From Patescibacteria group bacterium (lineage in GTDB: Bacteria > Patescibacteriota > Microgenomatia > UBA1400 > PJMF01), in the NCBI GenBank assembly GCA_019454415.1, contig JACFOI010000002.1, positions 9,474 through 73,473 of the forward strand: a stretch of 64,000 nucleotides of DNA, read 5' to 3'. This document shows, one piece after another, positions 9,397 to 18,888 of this stretch; positions within the stretch are counted from its first letter, which is position 1, and each line of letters opens with the position of its first letter. The translations under genes were made by a program, and so were the position numbers. The notes under the pieces were generated by a model, which saw nothing but the letters and a program-made list of their open reading frames with translations, was not told where the DNA came from and did no database searches.

Positions 9397-11190
9397 TTGG
9401 CTTTTTTTCGCTGTTTTAACGGGGTACAATATCTCGGCATGAACTCAGTCACTTCTCAAATCACTAAAGTCCTTCACACCAGCATCCGCAAAGTTACTCA
9501 GATAGAGAACATCAATCCGGAGCTGGAGAAACCAGCCGATTCTGACCATGGCGATTACAGCTCAAACTGTGCGATGGTCCTCTTTAAGCAGCTACCTACT
9601 GAACTGAAGGATCGTTTTCGCAACCCCCGGCAATTAGCGGAAGAAATCGTCTCGGAACTCCATCAGCAGATCTCCGAGTCAATTGTGAAGGAAGTTTCTG
9701 TAGCAGGTCCCGGTTTTATTAACTTCAGACTAAGTGACGCAGCTTTACTTAGTTATCTGCAACAAGTCGTCGGTCAGGACTGGAGTGCTCTCAAGGTTAC
9801 CTCGCCAGAAGAGTCCACGGCAATCGTAGAGTACTCTTCACCTAATATTGCTAAGCCTTTTACCGTTGGACACCTTCGCTCGACCATTATTGGTGATGCA
9901 GTGGCCAACCTTCTCCAAGCAGCTGGCTGGCAGGTCTTCCGCGACAACCACCTCGGCGATTGGGGGACACAGTTCGGGAAGCAGATCTATGCCTATTTGA
10001 ATATTCCCTTGGACCCTTCTGGGCAGCGCAGTAATGAAGATATCTTGAATAGCTCTTCGGCGCCGGTCAAAGAGCTGGTTCAGCTCTATGTGGAGTTTCA
10101 CAAACAAGCAGAAACTCATCCGGAAATTGAGGAGGAGGCCAGAAGCTGGTTTAAGAGACTTGAAGACGGTGATCAGGAAGCACGCCGCATTTGGCAAAAA
10201 TGTGTTGATTGGTCCCTTAAGGAGTTCCAGCGCATTTATCAACGACTTGGAGTCCACTTCACTGAAAACGACGGACGCGGGTATGGAGAGTCATTCTTTG
10301 AAGATAAGATGGCACCAGTGATCGCGGAACTGAAAGAGAAAAAGCTGCTCCAAGAAAGCGAAGGAGCACAGCTGGTTTTTCTAGAAGAAGAACACCTTCC
10401 ACCATTGATGGTGATCAAAAAAGACGGCGCAACGCTGTACGCGACCCGGGACTTAGCTACTGACAAGTTCAGAAAAGAAAATGTCTCTCGGTACGGAAAG
10501 CACCCGGTCGTGATTAACGAAGTCGGAGCAGAGCAGTCTGAGTACTTTCAGCAGCTCTTTGCCGTGGAGTACAAACTGGGCTGGTATAAGCCTGGTCAGA
10601 GAGTCCACGTCAAACACGGTCTCTACCGTTTTCAAGATCGAAAGATGTCCACCCGGAAAGGGAACACGATCTGGTTGGAGGACGTCCTGGATGAAGCAGT
10701 CAAACGCGCCGACGGAAGCGAAGAGATTGGAATAGGTGCGCTCAAATGGAACGACTTAAAACGGAGTGCTCATCTGGATATCATTTTTAACTGGGATGAA
10801 ATATTGGCTATGGATGGCAACTCCGGGCCATATATGCAGTATGCCTACGCCCGCTGTCTTTCTATCTTCCGTAAAGCAGAGCAGGGGGTGGAACAGGCAG
10901 TTGCTCAGTCATTCCCGGCTGCAGCAAATCCGGAACGGCAGCTGCTCAGAAAGTTAACTCAGTATCCCGAGGTGATTCAACGCGCCGCGCAAGAGTATGC
11001 ACCTCATCACATTTGTACGTATCTCTTTAGTCTCGCCCAGGAGTTTAACAGCTTCTACCACCAGGCTCCGATTCTAAAGGCAGAGAGCGAGCCCCTCCGC
11101 CAACTTCGCCTCCAGCTTACTCAAGCTGTCGGCAATACGATCCAGCACGGGTTGCAGATTTTGGGCATCCAGACGCTTGATCGTATGTAA
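9397..11190 (+). CDS. argS: Arginyl-tRNA synthetase
   Basis: DHGDYSSNCAMVL is the ArgS N-terminal signature, and KMSTRKGNTIWLEDVLDEA is the MSTRKG motif. A DALR-type anticodon-binding C-terminus is present. The true start may be the ATG at 9439 (MNSVTSQ...). Confidence 0.9.
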   Translation: MAFFRCFNGVQYLGMNSVTSQITKVLHTSIRKVTQIENINPELEKPADSDHGDYSSNCAMVLFKQLPTELKDRFRNPRQLAEEIVSELHQQISESIVKEVSVAGPGFINFRLSDAALLSYLQQVVGQDWSALKVTSPEESTAIVEYSSPNIAKPFTVGHLRSTIIGDAVANLLQAAGWQVFRDNHLGDWGTQFGKQIYAYLNIPLDPSGQRSNEDILNSSSAPVKELVQLYVEFHKQAETHPEIEEEARSWFKRLEDGDQEARRIWQKCVDWSLKEFQRIYQRLGVHFTENDGRGYGESFFEDKMAPVIAELKEKKLLQESEGAQLVFLEEEHLPPLMVIKKDGATLYATRDLATDKFRKENVSRYGKHPVVINEVGAEQSEYFQQLFAVEYKLGWYKPGQRVHVKHGLYRFQDRKMSTRKGNTIWLEDVLDEAVKRADGSEEIGIGALKWNDLKRSAHLDIIFNWDEILAMDGNSGPYMQYAYARCLSIFRKAEQGVEQAVAQSFPAAANPERQLLRKLTQYPEVIQRAAQEYAPHHICTYLFSLAQEFNSFYHQAPILKAESEPLRQLRLQLTQAVGNTIQHGLQILGIQTLDRM

Positions 11191-11220
11191 CAAGGCGGAG
11201 CTGAGTTACAATACAGCCGT

Positions 11221-12543
11221 ATGATTTCCTACACTAAAGACGTTTTGCCCTCAGGATTAACGATTATTCGCGTGCCGATGCCAGCAGTAGAGTCAGTGAC
11301 TGTATTGGCCCTAGTCAACGTTGGTTCTCGATACGAAGAGCCTCGTCTGTGGGGCATCTCACATTTTTTGGAACACATGGTTTTCAAAGGAACGGAGCAA
11401 TACCCTGATGCGCAGTCGTTGGCGGCAGCCGTTGATGCCATTGGTGCCAAATTTAACGCTTTCACCAGTAAGGAGTACACCGGCTACTACGTCAAAGCGA
11501 CCAGCAAAGGGTTGGACTTGGCACTGAATGTCGTCTCAGACATGCTTCTGACACCCAAGCTGCGTCAGGAAGACATTGATCGAGAGAAGGGCGTCATCAT
11601 TGAAGAGATCAACATGTATGCAGATATGCCGGCCAGTCACATCGCGACTCGTTTTGAGCAGCTCGTTTATAACGAAAAAACGCTCGGACACGACATTATC
11701 GGTACCAAAGAGACTGTCTCCGCATTTACCACGGCAGACTTCCAAAACCACCTCCACACATGGTACGGACGCCATAATATTGTACTCATTCTCTCTGGTG
11801 ATGCCCAGGCAATTCAACAACCTCAGCTTCTTGAAAAAGTTGATCAACTTTTCCAAAAAGGGGATTCAAAGCAACGACTGGTCACAAACCCGGCAGAGCA
11901 CTATGGAGAACAGCCGTTAACTGATCGTCAACTGTTAGTCGAACACCGAACTACTGAACAGGCCCATTTTGTGTTGGGTTTTCCGGCGCTCCGGCGGACA
12001 GATAAACGTCGGCCAGCCTTATCAGTTTTGAATGTTCTTTTAGGTGGCAACATGAGCTCGCGACTCTTTTCGGAAGTGAGAGAGAAACGAGGGCTGTGCT
12101 ACTACATCCACTCTGATGTCGATTTTTACCACGATGCCGGTCTTTTTGGTGGATCAGCCGGTGTAGACCCTAAACGCGTCGAAGAAGCCGTTACAGTGAC
12201 TTTGGAAGAGTTTTTTGCATTGGGTGACGGATCAAAACCGGTTACCGAATCAGAACTGCAACGCGCCAAAGACTACATCACCGGTAAGTTTGTCCTGGAT
12301 CTCGAAGACAGCGAAAGCGTCGCTCAATATTTTGGAATGAAGCAGTTATTACAGGGCGAAGTAGAAACCCCGGACCAACTGCTCAAAAGATATATGGCAG
12401 TGAGCCTGGATGAAATCAACCACCTTGCCCAAGAAATCTTACTTCCGGACCATCTTCGTTTTGCAGTCATCGGACCATTTGAGGACAAGAGCAAGTTTGA
12501 AGGAGCAATCGCCCAAGCGAAGAGTAAGAAAACAAAAAAATAG
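11221..12543 (+). CDS. M16-family (insulinase/pitrilysin-like) zinc peptidase
   Basis: HFLEHMVFKGTEQYP is the inverted HxxEH zinc motif. The two-domain ~440-aa architecture fits M16. Confidence 0.8.
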   Translation: MISYTKDVLPSGLTIIRVPMPAVESVTVLALVNVGSRYEEPRLWGISHFLEHMVFKGTEQYPDAQSLAAAVDAIGAKFNAFTSKEYTGYYVKATSKGLDLALNVVSDMLLTPKLRQEDIDREKGVIIEEINMYADMPASHIATRFEQLVYNEKTLGHDIIGTKETVSAFTTADFQNHLHTWYGRHNIVLILSGDAQAIQQPQLLEKVDQLFQKGDSKQRLVTNPAEHYGEQPLTDRQLLVEHRTTEQAHFVLGFPALRRTDKRRPALSVLNVLLGGNMSSRLFSEVREKRGLCYYIHSDVDFYHDAGLFGGSAGVDPKRVEEAVTVTLEEFFALGDGSKPVTESELQRAKDYITGKFVLDLEDSESVAQYFGMKQLLQGEVETPDQLLKRYMAVSLDEINHLAQEILLPDHLRFAVIGPFEDKSKFEGAIAQAKSKKTKK

Positions 12544-12572
12544 TTCTCTCGCAAGAGTGAAGGAGGCAGATT

Positions 12573-13046
12573 ATGGCAATGCAACGCAGCGCCGTTTTAG
12601 TAAAACCAGATGGACTTCAACGAGGTCTGATCGGTGAGATCATTAGCCGCTTTGAGCGCAAAGGCTTAAAACTGGTCGGCATGAAGATGACGTACTTGAG
12701 CGATGACCAACTCAGCCGCTGGTATGTGGAACACAAAGACAAACCATTTTTCAAGGATCTCAAAGCGTTCATGAAAACCCACCCGGTAGTGGCCATGGCT
12801 TGGGAGGGGATCGAAGCAATTCCGACCATTCGCAAGCTGGTAGGCAGCACTTCCGGTCGGGAAGCTGAGGGTGGTTCAATCCGGGGCGACTTCGCCATGA
12901 GTAAACAGCACAATCTGATCCATGCCTCCAGTTCCGAGGGTGATGCGGAACGCGAAATCGAGATTATCTTTGGCAAAGATGAACTGTTTAACTACGAAAC
13001 CGTTTTAGACGCTGCAATTTACAGCGAAAAAGAGCGGTCAGAGTAA
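12573..13046 (+). CDS. ndk: Nucleoside diphosphate kinase
   Basis: The sequence matches the Ndk fold throughout: QRSAVLVKPDGLQRGLIGEIISRFE, the NLIHASSS active-site region, and the Ndk length. Confidence 0.9.
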   Translation: MAMQRSAVLVKPDGLQRGLIGEIISRFERKGLKLVGMKMTYLSDDQLSRWYVEHKDKPFFKDLKAFMKTHPVVAMAWEGIEAIPTIRKLVGSTSGREAEGGSIRGDFAMSKQHNLIHASSSEGDAEREIEIIFGKDELFNYETVLDAAIYSEKERSE

Positions 13047-13082
13047 GCTTGGCGGAAACGATCATACTACGTCAATAAAGAA

Positions 13083-13111
13083 AGAGCGGCCCAGACGGTC
13101 GCTCTTTTGTT
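13083..13111 (+). terminator. Rho-independent terminator after ndk
   Basis: The hairpin AGAGCGGCC-CAGAC-GGTCGCTCT is followed by TTTTGTT. Confidence 0.6.
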
Positions 13112-13125
13112 ATCTCTCAAATATG

Positions 13126-13197
13126 TGCTCTCAGGGGGAATCGAACCCACATCGGAAGTTCCGGAAACTTCTGTTCTATCCATTGAACTATGAGAGC
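13126..13197 (-). tRNA. tRNA-Arg (anticodon CCG)
   Basis: A manual cloverleaf gives acceptor GCTCTCA/TGAGAGC, D arm GTTCAATGGATAGAAC, anticodon stem GAAGT/ACTTC with loop TTCCGGA, and T loop TTCGATT. There is one U-C mismatch in the T stem. No CCA is encoded. Confidence 0.75.
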
Positions 13198-13240
13198 TGC
13201 AGATGGGAATTATAGCAGCACCAAGGCAGAGAAATTTGCT

Positions 13241-14632
13241 TTACCTGGTACCAGAGAGTTCTTTAAGATCAGCGATAAAGCGAAGTTTTTTGGCTTCCTG
13301 CATACCGCCTCCACCCCAACGTCGGTTTTCAAACTCAATGATGACTGCCATGATCCTGATATCTTCGATGGACCACTTGAGTGTATCCCGACCAGTAACC
13401 TTGGGTTTGAGAACCTGCTCAAACATATCTTCGTAAATCTTTATACCGTTCAGAATTTGATCGACGACGGAGTTGGCAAGATACTCGTTTTTGTCCCCTG
13501 AAAGGGTAATATTCCGGCTCGCCGCGCGTTGGATCACAAAACCTTCGGCCCAGTCCAACAGCTGAGGAAGCAGCTGTGCATACTTTTCCGACTTAAAATT
13601 AGGCAAGCGCCCGGTCCCAAAAAGACTCTCTTCAGAATCATCCTCTTTGGCGGATTGCTCCTCAGGAGCAAGCGGGTATTGGGTGAACAAAAAGCGCAGG
13701 TCAATGTGTTGCCCTTGGGCTTGCCCTTTGATCTCACTCAAAGGAGTATGCAACAACAGGAAAGCAATTCGACTAATTTTTTCGGCAGTGACCTCTATGC
13801 CTGTTTTTCGAACAGCCATGGTCAACAGAGTAGTCAGCGTTTTTTCTCCTTCTTCCTGGGTCACACACTGCTGGGCAAACGCATAGAGAGCATCTAGTTG
13901 CAGATAGGGCAGGATGTCGATAGTGTTGAAGTATCGTTCGTCCCCAGTGGCTCCGAGGTCCGAAAGGTAACTTTTGACCTCAGGATTGCGTTCGATTAAC
14001 TGGTCAAGCGGATGTTGGAATGGGCGGATAGCCTCTTCGAGATCAGGGAGTGTAGAAGGCAAATTCACGCCCGCCACTTCAGACCACAACAGCCAGCGAA
14101 GCTCAAGGTCTTCATTCACCCCTTCTCTAGACAGACGCTCGAGTTCAAACTGGATGAGTGGGTGAATCGAAAAAAGCGGAGTCTCGCCGAGTTGGGCCGC
14201 GATCTCTTCCCAAGTAAATGCCGTTACCTTACCTTCCTCCACTTGGAGAAGAGCCTTCTGAGCAAGTTGAAGGGCAATCACATACAGTCCAACTTCTTTA
14301 ACCAGAGAAGGATGTCGATCCGCCGCCAGTGCCTGCAGCTGATTCTTTTCTTCAAGGATACGAGTCAACTCCAAACTGCCAGCCATGGACATCCCGAGCT
14401 GATTGAGTTCAAACAACCGACGAAACTCTTCCATGTACTCATTGGCCAGAACTCCGATTTGCTGCTGGCGAGCGCGGTGCTCTTCTAGGGCAGGAGAGTA
14501 CTCACGGGCGAAACACAAAAAGTTCAATGCTTGCCAAACTGCTAGAGTGCGCAGGTGAGCGGAAAAGAGTGACTCTTGGTCTGGGCTGATCTGTTTTTCA
14601 ATATTAAGATGAGTAATGATGTCTTTCAGCAT
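13241..14632 (-). CDS. Hypothetical protein (463 aa, acidic, predicted mostly helical), with tRNA genes on both sides
   Basis: This is a long ORF in a compact region. No motif was recognised. Confidence 0.55.
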   Translation of the reverse strand: MLKDIITHLNIEKQISPDQESLFSAHLRTLAVWQALNFLCFAREYSPALEEHRARQQQIGVLANEYMEEFRRLFELNQLGMSMAGSLELTRILEEKNQLQALAADRHPSLVKEVGLYVIALQLAQKALLQVEEGKVTAFTWEEIAAQLGETPLFSIHPLIQFELERLSREGVNEDLELRWLLWSEVAGVNLPSTLPDLEEAIRPFQHPLDQLIERNPEVKSYLSDLGATGDERYFNTIDILPYLQLDALYAFAQQCVTQEEGEKTLTTLLTMAVRKTGIEVTAEKISRIAFLLLHTPLSEIKGQAQGQHIDLRFLFTQYPLAPEEQSAKEDDSEESLFGTGRLPNFKSEKYAQLLPQLLDWAEGFVIQRAASRNITLSGDKNEYLANSVVDQILNGIKIYEDMFEQVLKPKVTGRDTLKWSIEDIRIMAVIIEFENRRWGGGGMQEAKKLRFIADLKELSGTR

Positions 14633-14704
14633 AACGGCGCATTATACCAATACAGGAAATGAAGGCAGACTCTTGAAGTGATGACACAACCGTGGCCACA
14701 AGGG

Positions 14705-14776
14705 TGTCCCCACCAGGAATCGAACCTGGATTTAGGGTTTAGGAAACCCTCGTTCTATCCGTTGAACTATGGGAAC
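14705..14776 (-). tRNA. tRNA-Arg (anticodon CCU)
   Basis: The acceptor is GTTCCCA/TGGGGAC with one G-U pair, and the D arm is GTTCAACGGATAGAAC. The anticodon stem AGGGT/ACCCT carries loop TTCCTAA. The T arm is CCAGGTTCGATTCCTGG. Confidence 0.75.
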
Positions 14777-14808
14777 GTCTCTTTGCCATCCAACAGTTCG
14801 TTGTTATG

Positions 14809-14882
14809 TCGGGGACGCCGGACTCGAACCGGCGACCTCTGCGTCCCGAACGCAGCACTCTAGCCATCTGAGCTAGTCCCCG
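14809..14882 (-). tRNA. tRNA-Pro (anticodon CGG)
   Basis: The acceptor is CGGGGAC/GTCCCCG. The anticodon stem CTGCG/CGCAG carries loop TTCGGGA. The T arm is GCCGGTTCGAGTCCGGC. Confidence 0.8.
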
Positions 14883-14918
14883 AGAAAAGCACTCCGTAGT
14901 ATATCAGCCTCATGGAAG

Positions 14919-16298
14919 TTACTTCAGCTCAATTGCGTATAAGTTGGGGAATTGGGTGCTCCCCAGCGAGGTTAGGGTTAAAACTCGACTTCCATCTGGC
15001 CAGGGGTAGATAAAGTTGACGTCAAATGGTCCTGAGTAGACGGCTGTCCGATTGGTGTTGTCGTACTCGATCAAGTAAATCGAGCTGCCGTCCGTAAAAA
15101 GCAAGTGCTTAGAGTCAGGGAACCACTGGATCCCCTGGCTATACAGCGAGGAGTAGTAACGGGCAAAGTTATTTGCAGTTTGGGCGGAAGTGGTGGCACT
15201 CATCCGTAGGAAGCTACTGGGGGAAGCAACCAGAGTTTTCGCAGGGGAGGCCAGGTCATCGGCCAGCAGAATTTTGCCAAACTCAGCAGCTGCCGAGCTG
15301 GTCGCAATCTCCAGATAGTCAGAACGGTTAGAGATAACATCGACTCGGAAGTTGCGATCTTCCTCACGATCATAGACATAGGTAGAGCCTGGTTGAATCG
15401 TTCGCGCTTGGGGCTGAGTGTTAGCAGCTGGTAGCGGTGGCACTAAGTTGTCGGGAATGACGGCCGTAGCAGTGGCCGTGTAGAGGATCTTCTTTTTATC
15501 CGGAGAAAGATAGACATTGGTGGCACTCTTGCTGGCAACTTCCAAGATTTCCGGAGGAAACTTGCTCAAGTACTGCCGTTCCCGGACATACAACTCGTAC
15601 TCCCACTCGCTCAGGATATCCTTTTTACGAAAGCCGACGTCGGGGAGAGTCCCCAAGATACTTTTCTTGTTGAGGTCGAGTAACACCTCATGTCCATTGG
15701 TGCTGAGAATAACTTGGCTGTTATCCGGAGACCAAATGAACTGGGCATTTTCCAGGTCAAACCCACTGGCTTCTTCAGTAATCTGTCGTGGTTCGCGCTG
15801 AGAGTTAAGAAGTGATGCAGACAAATCCAAGATGTAGAGGCCATTTCTATTTTTGGCGGAGGCTGAGGCAGTGTAGTAGATCAACTTCTCACCGTCCGGT
15901 GAGGGGGAGATATTGTGCACGCCTGTGTAGGTTAATGGCGTTAAGCTCGGGACCAGCTTGAAAAGCTGGGCATTTGTCTGAACGACTAACTCCGGCTGGA
16001 GGTGGAGGTTTTTTTTCCAAGGATAGTAGCCATCTCTGCTGATCTCAACCTCGTAGTCTCCGGGTTCCATGTAGAAGGTATCATCGGTGGCTCCAATCAA
16101 CTTGCCATTTACGATCACTTCAGCACCAGTCGGGAAAGAGTTTGCCGCCAAAAGACCAGTGGAGCGCATGGGGGGTTGCTCTGGGGAAAATGAGAAACGG
16201 TATCCTTGGGCAAAACGGATCGCCACCAACGACCCTGTAATAATCAATAGGGCAGAGACGAGTGTGTAGAGAACTCGAGTATTGATCGAAAAGCGCAC
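14919..16298 (-). CDS. Membrane-anchored PEGA-domain protein with a C-terminal beta-propeller (TolB-like) region
   Basis: An N-terminal TM helix is followed by GAEVIVNGKLIGATDDTFYMEPGDYEVEISRDGYYPWKK, a PEGA-like domain. Repeated SPDG.../WSPD... beta-propeller blades follow. Confidence 0.65.
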   Translation of the reverse strand: MRFSINTRVLYTLVSALLIITGSLVAIRFAQGYRFSFSPEQPPMRSTGLLAANSFPTGAEVIVNGKLIGATDDTFYMEPGDYEVEISRDGYYPWKKNLHLQPELVVQTNAQLFKLVPSLTPLTYTGVHNISPSPDGEKLIYYTASASAKNRNGLYILDLSASLLNSQREPRQITEEASGFDLENAQFIWSPDNSQVILSTNGHEVLLDLNKKSILGTLPDVGFRKKDILSEWEYELYVRERQYLSKFPPEILEVASKSATNVYLSPDKKKILYTATATAVIPDNLVPPLPAANTQPQARTIQPGSTYVYDREEDRNFRVDVISNRSDYLEIATSSAAAEFGKILLADDLASPAKTLVASPSSFLRMSATTSAQTANNFARYYSSLYSQGIQWFPDSKHLLFTDGSSIYLIEYDNTNRTAVYSGPFDVNFIYPWPDGSRVLTLTSLGSTQFPNLYAIELK

Positions 16299-16326
16299 GA
16301 AACTATTGTATCATCTGGCGAAGGTC

Positions 16327-17358
16327 ATGCACACTTCCTGGTTAAGCTCTCTCTCTGACTATATTGGTATTGATCTGGGCACTTCCCAGGTGCGGATTTG
16401 GGGGAAGCAGGTCGGCTTAGTGGTAGATGATGCCAGTGCCGTTGCCATAGACACCCGCAGCCAGAAAGTTTTGGCCGTTGGCCGGGAAGCAGTAGAGATG
16501 GCGGGGCGAGTAAGCAAGCAGATCCAGATTGTGAACCCGGTTTCGCCGCAAGGGATAGTCGACACAGAGATCGTCATCGCCATGTTGCAGGCGATGATGC
16601 GGAAAGTCTTCCGCTTGGGCCTTTTTTTTCGTCCAGTGATGATGGTCTCTATTCACTCCCATCTGGGAGATCCTGAACGGCAGACACTCGTCGAGTTGCT
16701 ATTAAGAGTAGGGGCCAGAGAAGTGTATATCGTGGATGAAGTACTGGCCGCTGCTATCGGAACTGGAGTGCCAGTCGCAGATGCTTCCGGCAGCTTATTC
16801 CTGCATATTGGCGCCGGAGTAACCGAAGCTGGCATGATCTCCCTCGGATCGGTGGTGACGTCTAAAGTCAGCCGTTTTGCTGGTCAGACCATGACGAAAA
16901 GCGTTCAGCAGTTTCTCAAAGAGCAGTACGGTTTAGCGGTCGGTTTTAACCGAGCTGAAACCTTGAAACGCCAGCTACTGGGTTCTGGTGGAAGAGTTTC
17001 TCGACAGGTGCGGGTGGCAGGCCAGTCCGTAGATACCAAGTCTCCCACTGAAGTACTAGTAGACGTCAGCTTGCTCGTTAGTTTACTGGAGCCGGTGGTG
17101 GAAGAGTATGTGGAGTTGACTCGGCAGCTATTGGAAAAAGTACCGCCTGAGCTGGCGCAAGATGTGCTTGATAAGGGAATGCTTCTCTCAGGAGGTGGAG
17201 CAAAGTTGGTCGGGCTGTCAACGCGCTTAAGCCAAAAATTAGGTTTTCCGGTTTCCGTGGTAGATGATCCATCCAATGTGGTGATTTTGGGAATCAGCCA
17301 AATTCTGTCAAACTTACGTTTATTTACGGAAAGTATCGGCTATAGACACCGCGGATAG
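16327..17358 (+). CDS. Actin-like ATPase, a divergent MreB-family paralog
   Basis: YIGIDLGTSQVRIW is the phosphate-1 motif. LHIGAGVTEAGMISLG and LLSGGGAKLVGLSTRLSQKLGFPV are present, and the length is MreB-like. The ATG at 16327 is preferred over 16282, which overlaps the divergent gene. Confidence 0.7.
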   Translation: MHTSWLSSLSDYIGIDLGTSQVRIWGKQVGLVVDDASAVAIDTRSQKVLAVGREAVEMAGRVSKQIQIVNPVSPQGIVDTEIVIAMLQAMMRKVFRLGLFFRPVMMVSIHSHLGDPERQTLVELLLRVGAREVYIVDEVLAAAIGTGVPVADASGSLFLHIGAGVTEAGMISLGSVVTSKVSRFAGQTMTKSVQQFLKEQYGLAVGFNRAETLKRQLLGSGGRVSRQVRVAGQSVDTKSPTEVLVDVSLLVSLLEPVVEEYVELTRQLLEKVPPELAQDVLDKGMLLSGGGAKLVGLSTRLSQKLGFPVSVVDDPSNVVILGISQILSNLRLFTESIGYRHRG

Positions 17359-17376
17359 TAGTATTGAGGGTTAGTT

Positions 17377-18213
17377 ATGAAAATGCATCAAAATATACAT
17401 AGAGATATCAATATAGAAATTAGTAGTCTATTTAAGCTTAATATTTTTAGAGAATCAAAAGCTAAATTAATAGATCAATATATTTCTGTAATTATCAAAA
17501 ATGATCAAGCAGAAAAGAGCACCCAAAAGGGTACCAGTGCTGTTCCTCCTTTTTTAATTTTCACTCCCAATCCCGAACAGATCGTGCTGTCCCATACAGA
17601 CCCACATTTCCTGGCAGCTCTGCAATCAGCCGACCTGTTGGTGCCGGATGGTGCTGGGGTAGTCACTGCCAGTGTGCTTCTGGCTGCATTTGGGAAGGCG
17701 GGGTCCATTCAGGAACGTATCACGGGCATTGATTTGCTACAAACCATTTTGAAAAGTTTTCCGGCCACCAAAGTAGCTATTATTGGTGGCAGAGCTCCGC
17801 ATGCAGCCTATGGAGTGGCTGATCACCTAAACATAGACTCCAAGTCGATCCCCTGGCTACCTGCTTATCGGGATGTCCAGTCACCAACTGCGGAAGAAGA
17901 GGCGGCTGTAGAACAGTTTCTAAAGTCTGAAAGGCCGGAAGTGGTCTTCGTCGCCTTTGGCGCACCTTTTCAAGAGTATTGGTCACTTCGGCACAAAGCG
18001 CTTCTTCAAAAGTATGGAGTAAGACTAGTGTTGGTGGTGGGAGGTGCCGTAGACGTTTTGAGTGGCAGACTCAAACGAGCTCCAAAATTGGTACGACTTT
18101 TAGGGCTCGAATGGCTATTTCGCTTGTTTCAGGAACCTTGGCGGTGGAAAAGACAACTTCGTTTGGGCACCTTTATACGGTTGACCGTTGGGGAGTTATT
18201 CAGCACAGCGTAG
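17377..18213 (+). CDS. WecB/TagA/CpsF-family glycosyltransferase (N-acetylmannosaminyltransferase-like)
   Basis: IFTPNPEQIV, LLVPDGAGVV, RITGIDL, a KVAIIGG-type segment, and a C-terminal GLEWLFRL...PWRWKR are the family's conserved blocks. Confidence 0.75.
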   Translation: MKMHQNIHRDINIEISSLFKLNIFRESKAKLIDQYISVIIKNDQAEKSTQKGTSAVPPFLIFTPNPEQIVLSHTDPHFLAALQSADLLVPDGAGVVTASVLLAAFGKAGSIQERITGIDLLQTILKSFPATKVAIIGGRAPHAAYGVADHLNIDSKSIPWLPAYRDVQSPTAEEEAAVEQFLKSERPEVVFVAFGAPFQEYWSLRHKALLQKYGVRLVLVVGGAVDVLSGRLKRAPKLVRLLGLEWLFRLFQEPWRWKRQLRLGTFIRLTVGELFSTA

Positions 18214-18217
18214 TGAC

Positions 18218-18541
18218 TTATTCCTCGCTCATCTCTTCGTCACCAGCATTCATTCCTAGAAGCCAGAGTACTGCTTCTTTTTTGTAACGGCGATCACCCC
18301 GGGAGTTAATCCGGATTGCCGGGAGTTTCCCGCGTTTTCCCCAGCGTTTGATCGTCAAGGGAGAGACGCGGAGCAGGTCAGCCACTTCACGCACAGTCAG
18401 CAGGTCGGGGAGGTTGTTGACATCAAGCTTTTGGGCATCGTCAAAACGGCCGGTCTTGCGCTGCTGATCATCCGTGAGGGTGGTAGATGATGGAAATGAG
18501 GACGAGCGGTCCGTCATAGGACTCCTTACAAAAAGATACAA
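18218..18541 (-). CDS. Small helix-turn-helix DNA-binding protein of the excisionase/MerR-like type (HTH_17)
   Basis: LLTVREVADLLRVSPLTIKRWGKRGKLPAIRINSRGDRRYKKEAV is the typical Xis-family HTH with the RGxRRY tail. The likely start is the internal ATG at 18517. Confidence 0.6.
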   Translation of the reverse strand: MYLFVRSPMTDRSSSFPSSTTLTDDQQRKTGRFDDAQKLDVNNLPDLLTVREVADLLRVSPLTIKRWGKRGKLPAIRINSRGDRRYKKEAVLWLLGMNAGDEEMSEE

Positions 18542-18832
18542 CTAGCATTTACCAACTGAAAGCAGTCGAAACTGTTTCATACTCAAAGTAGCAGAGTGTA
18601 ATAAAGTAGGTCAACAGGCAAAACAGAGGAATCTATTTTCCTTTGTTCCACTTCGCATGATTTATTCCTACGAAATGATGTTCAGCAAGGTAAAGAAAAG
18701 TACAATTCCGCCCTTTCCACACCAGAAACACAACAATAGCCCATAGTTTTTTTAGAAAATTTGGCAATTTTTCTAATCGCACGTCGAAGTCCTATAGCAT
18801 TTCGATGCTGCGCGAAAAAAGAAAAATGGGGA

Positions 18833-18863
18833 TAACAAAACACCGCTCCTTGCGGAGCGGTGT
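18833..18863 (-). terminator. Rho-independent terminator downstream of rplL
   Basis: A 10-bp stem ACACCGCTCC-TTGC-GGAGCGGTGT is followed, on the minus strand, by TTTTGTT. Confidence 0.65.
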
Positions 18864-18888
18864 TCTTGCTTCAAGTGAAGAGACCAAG

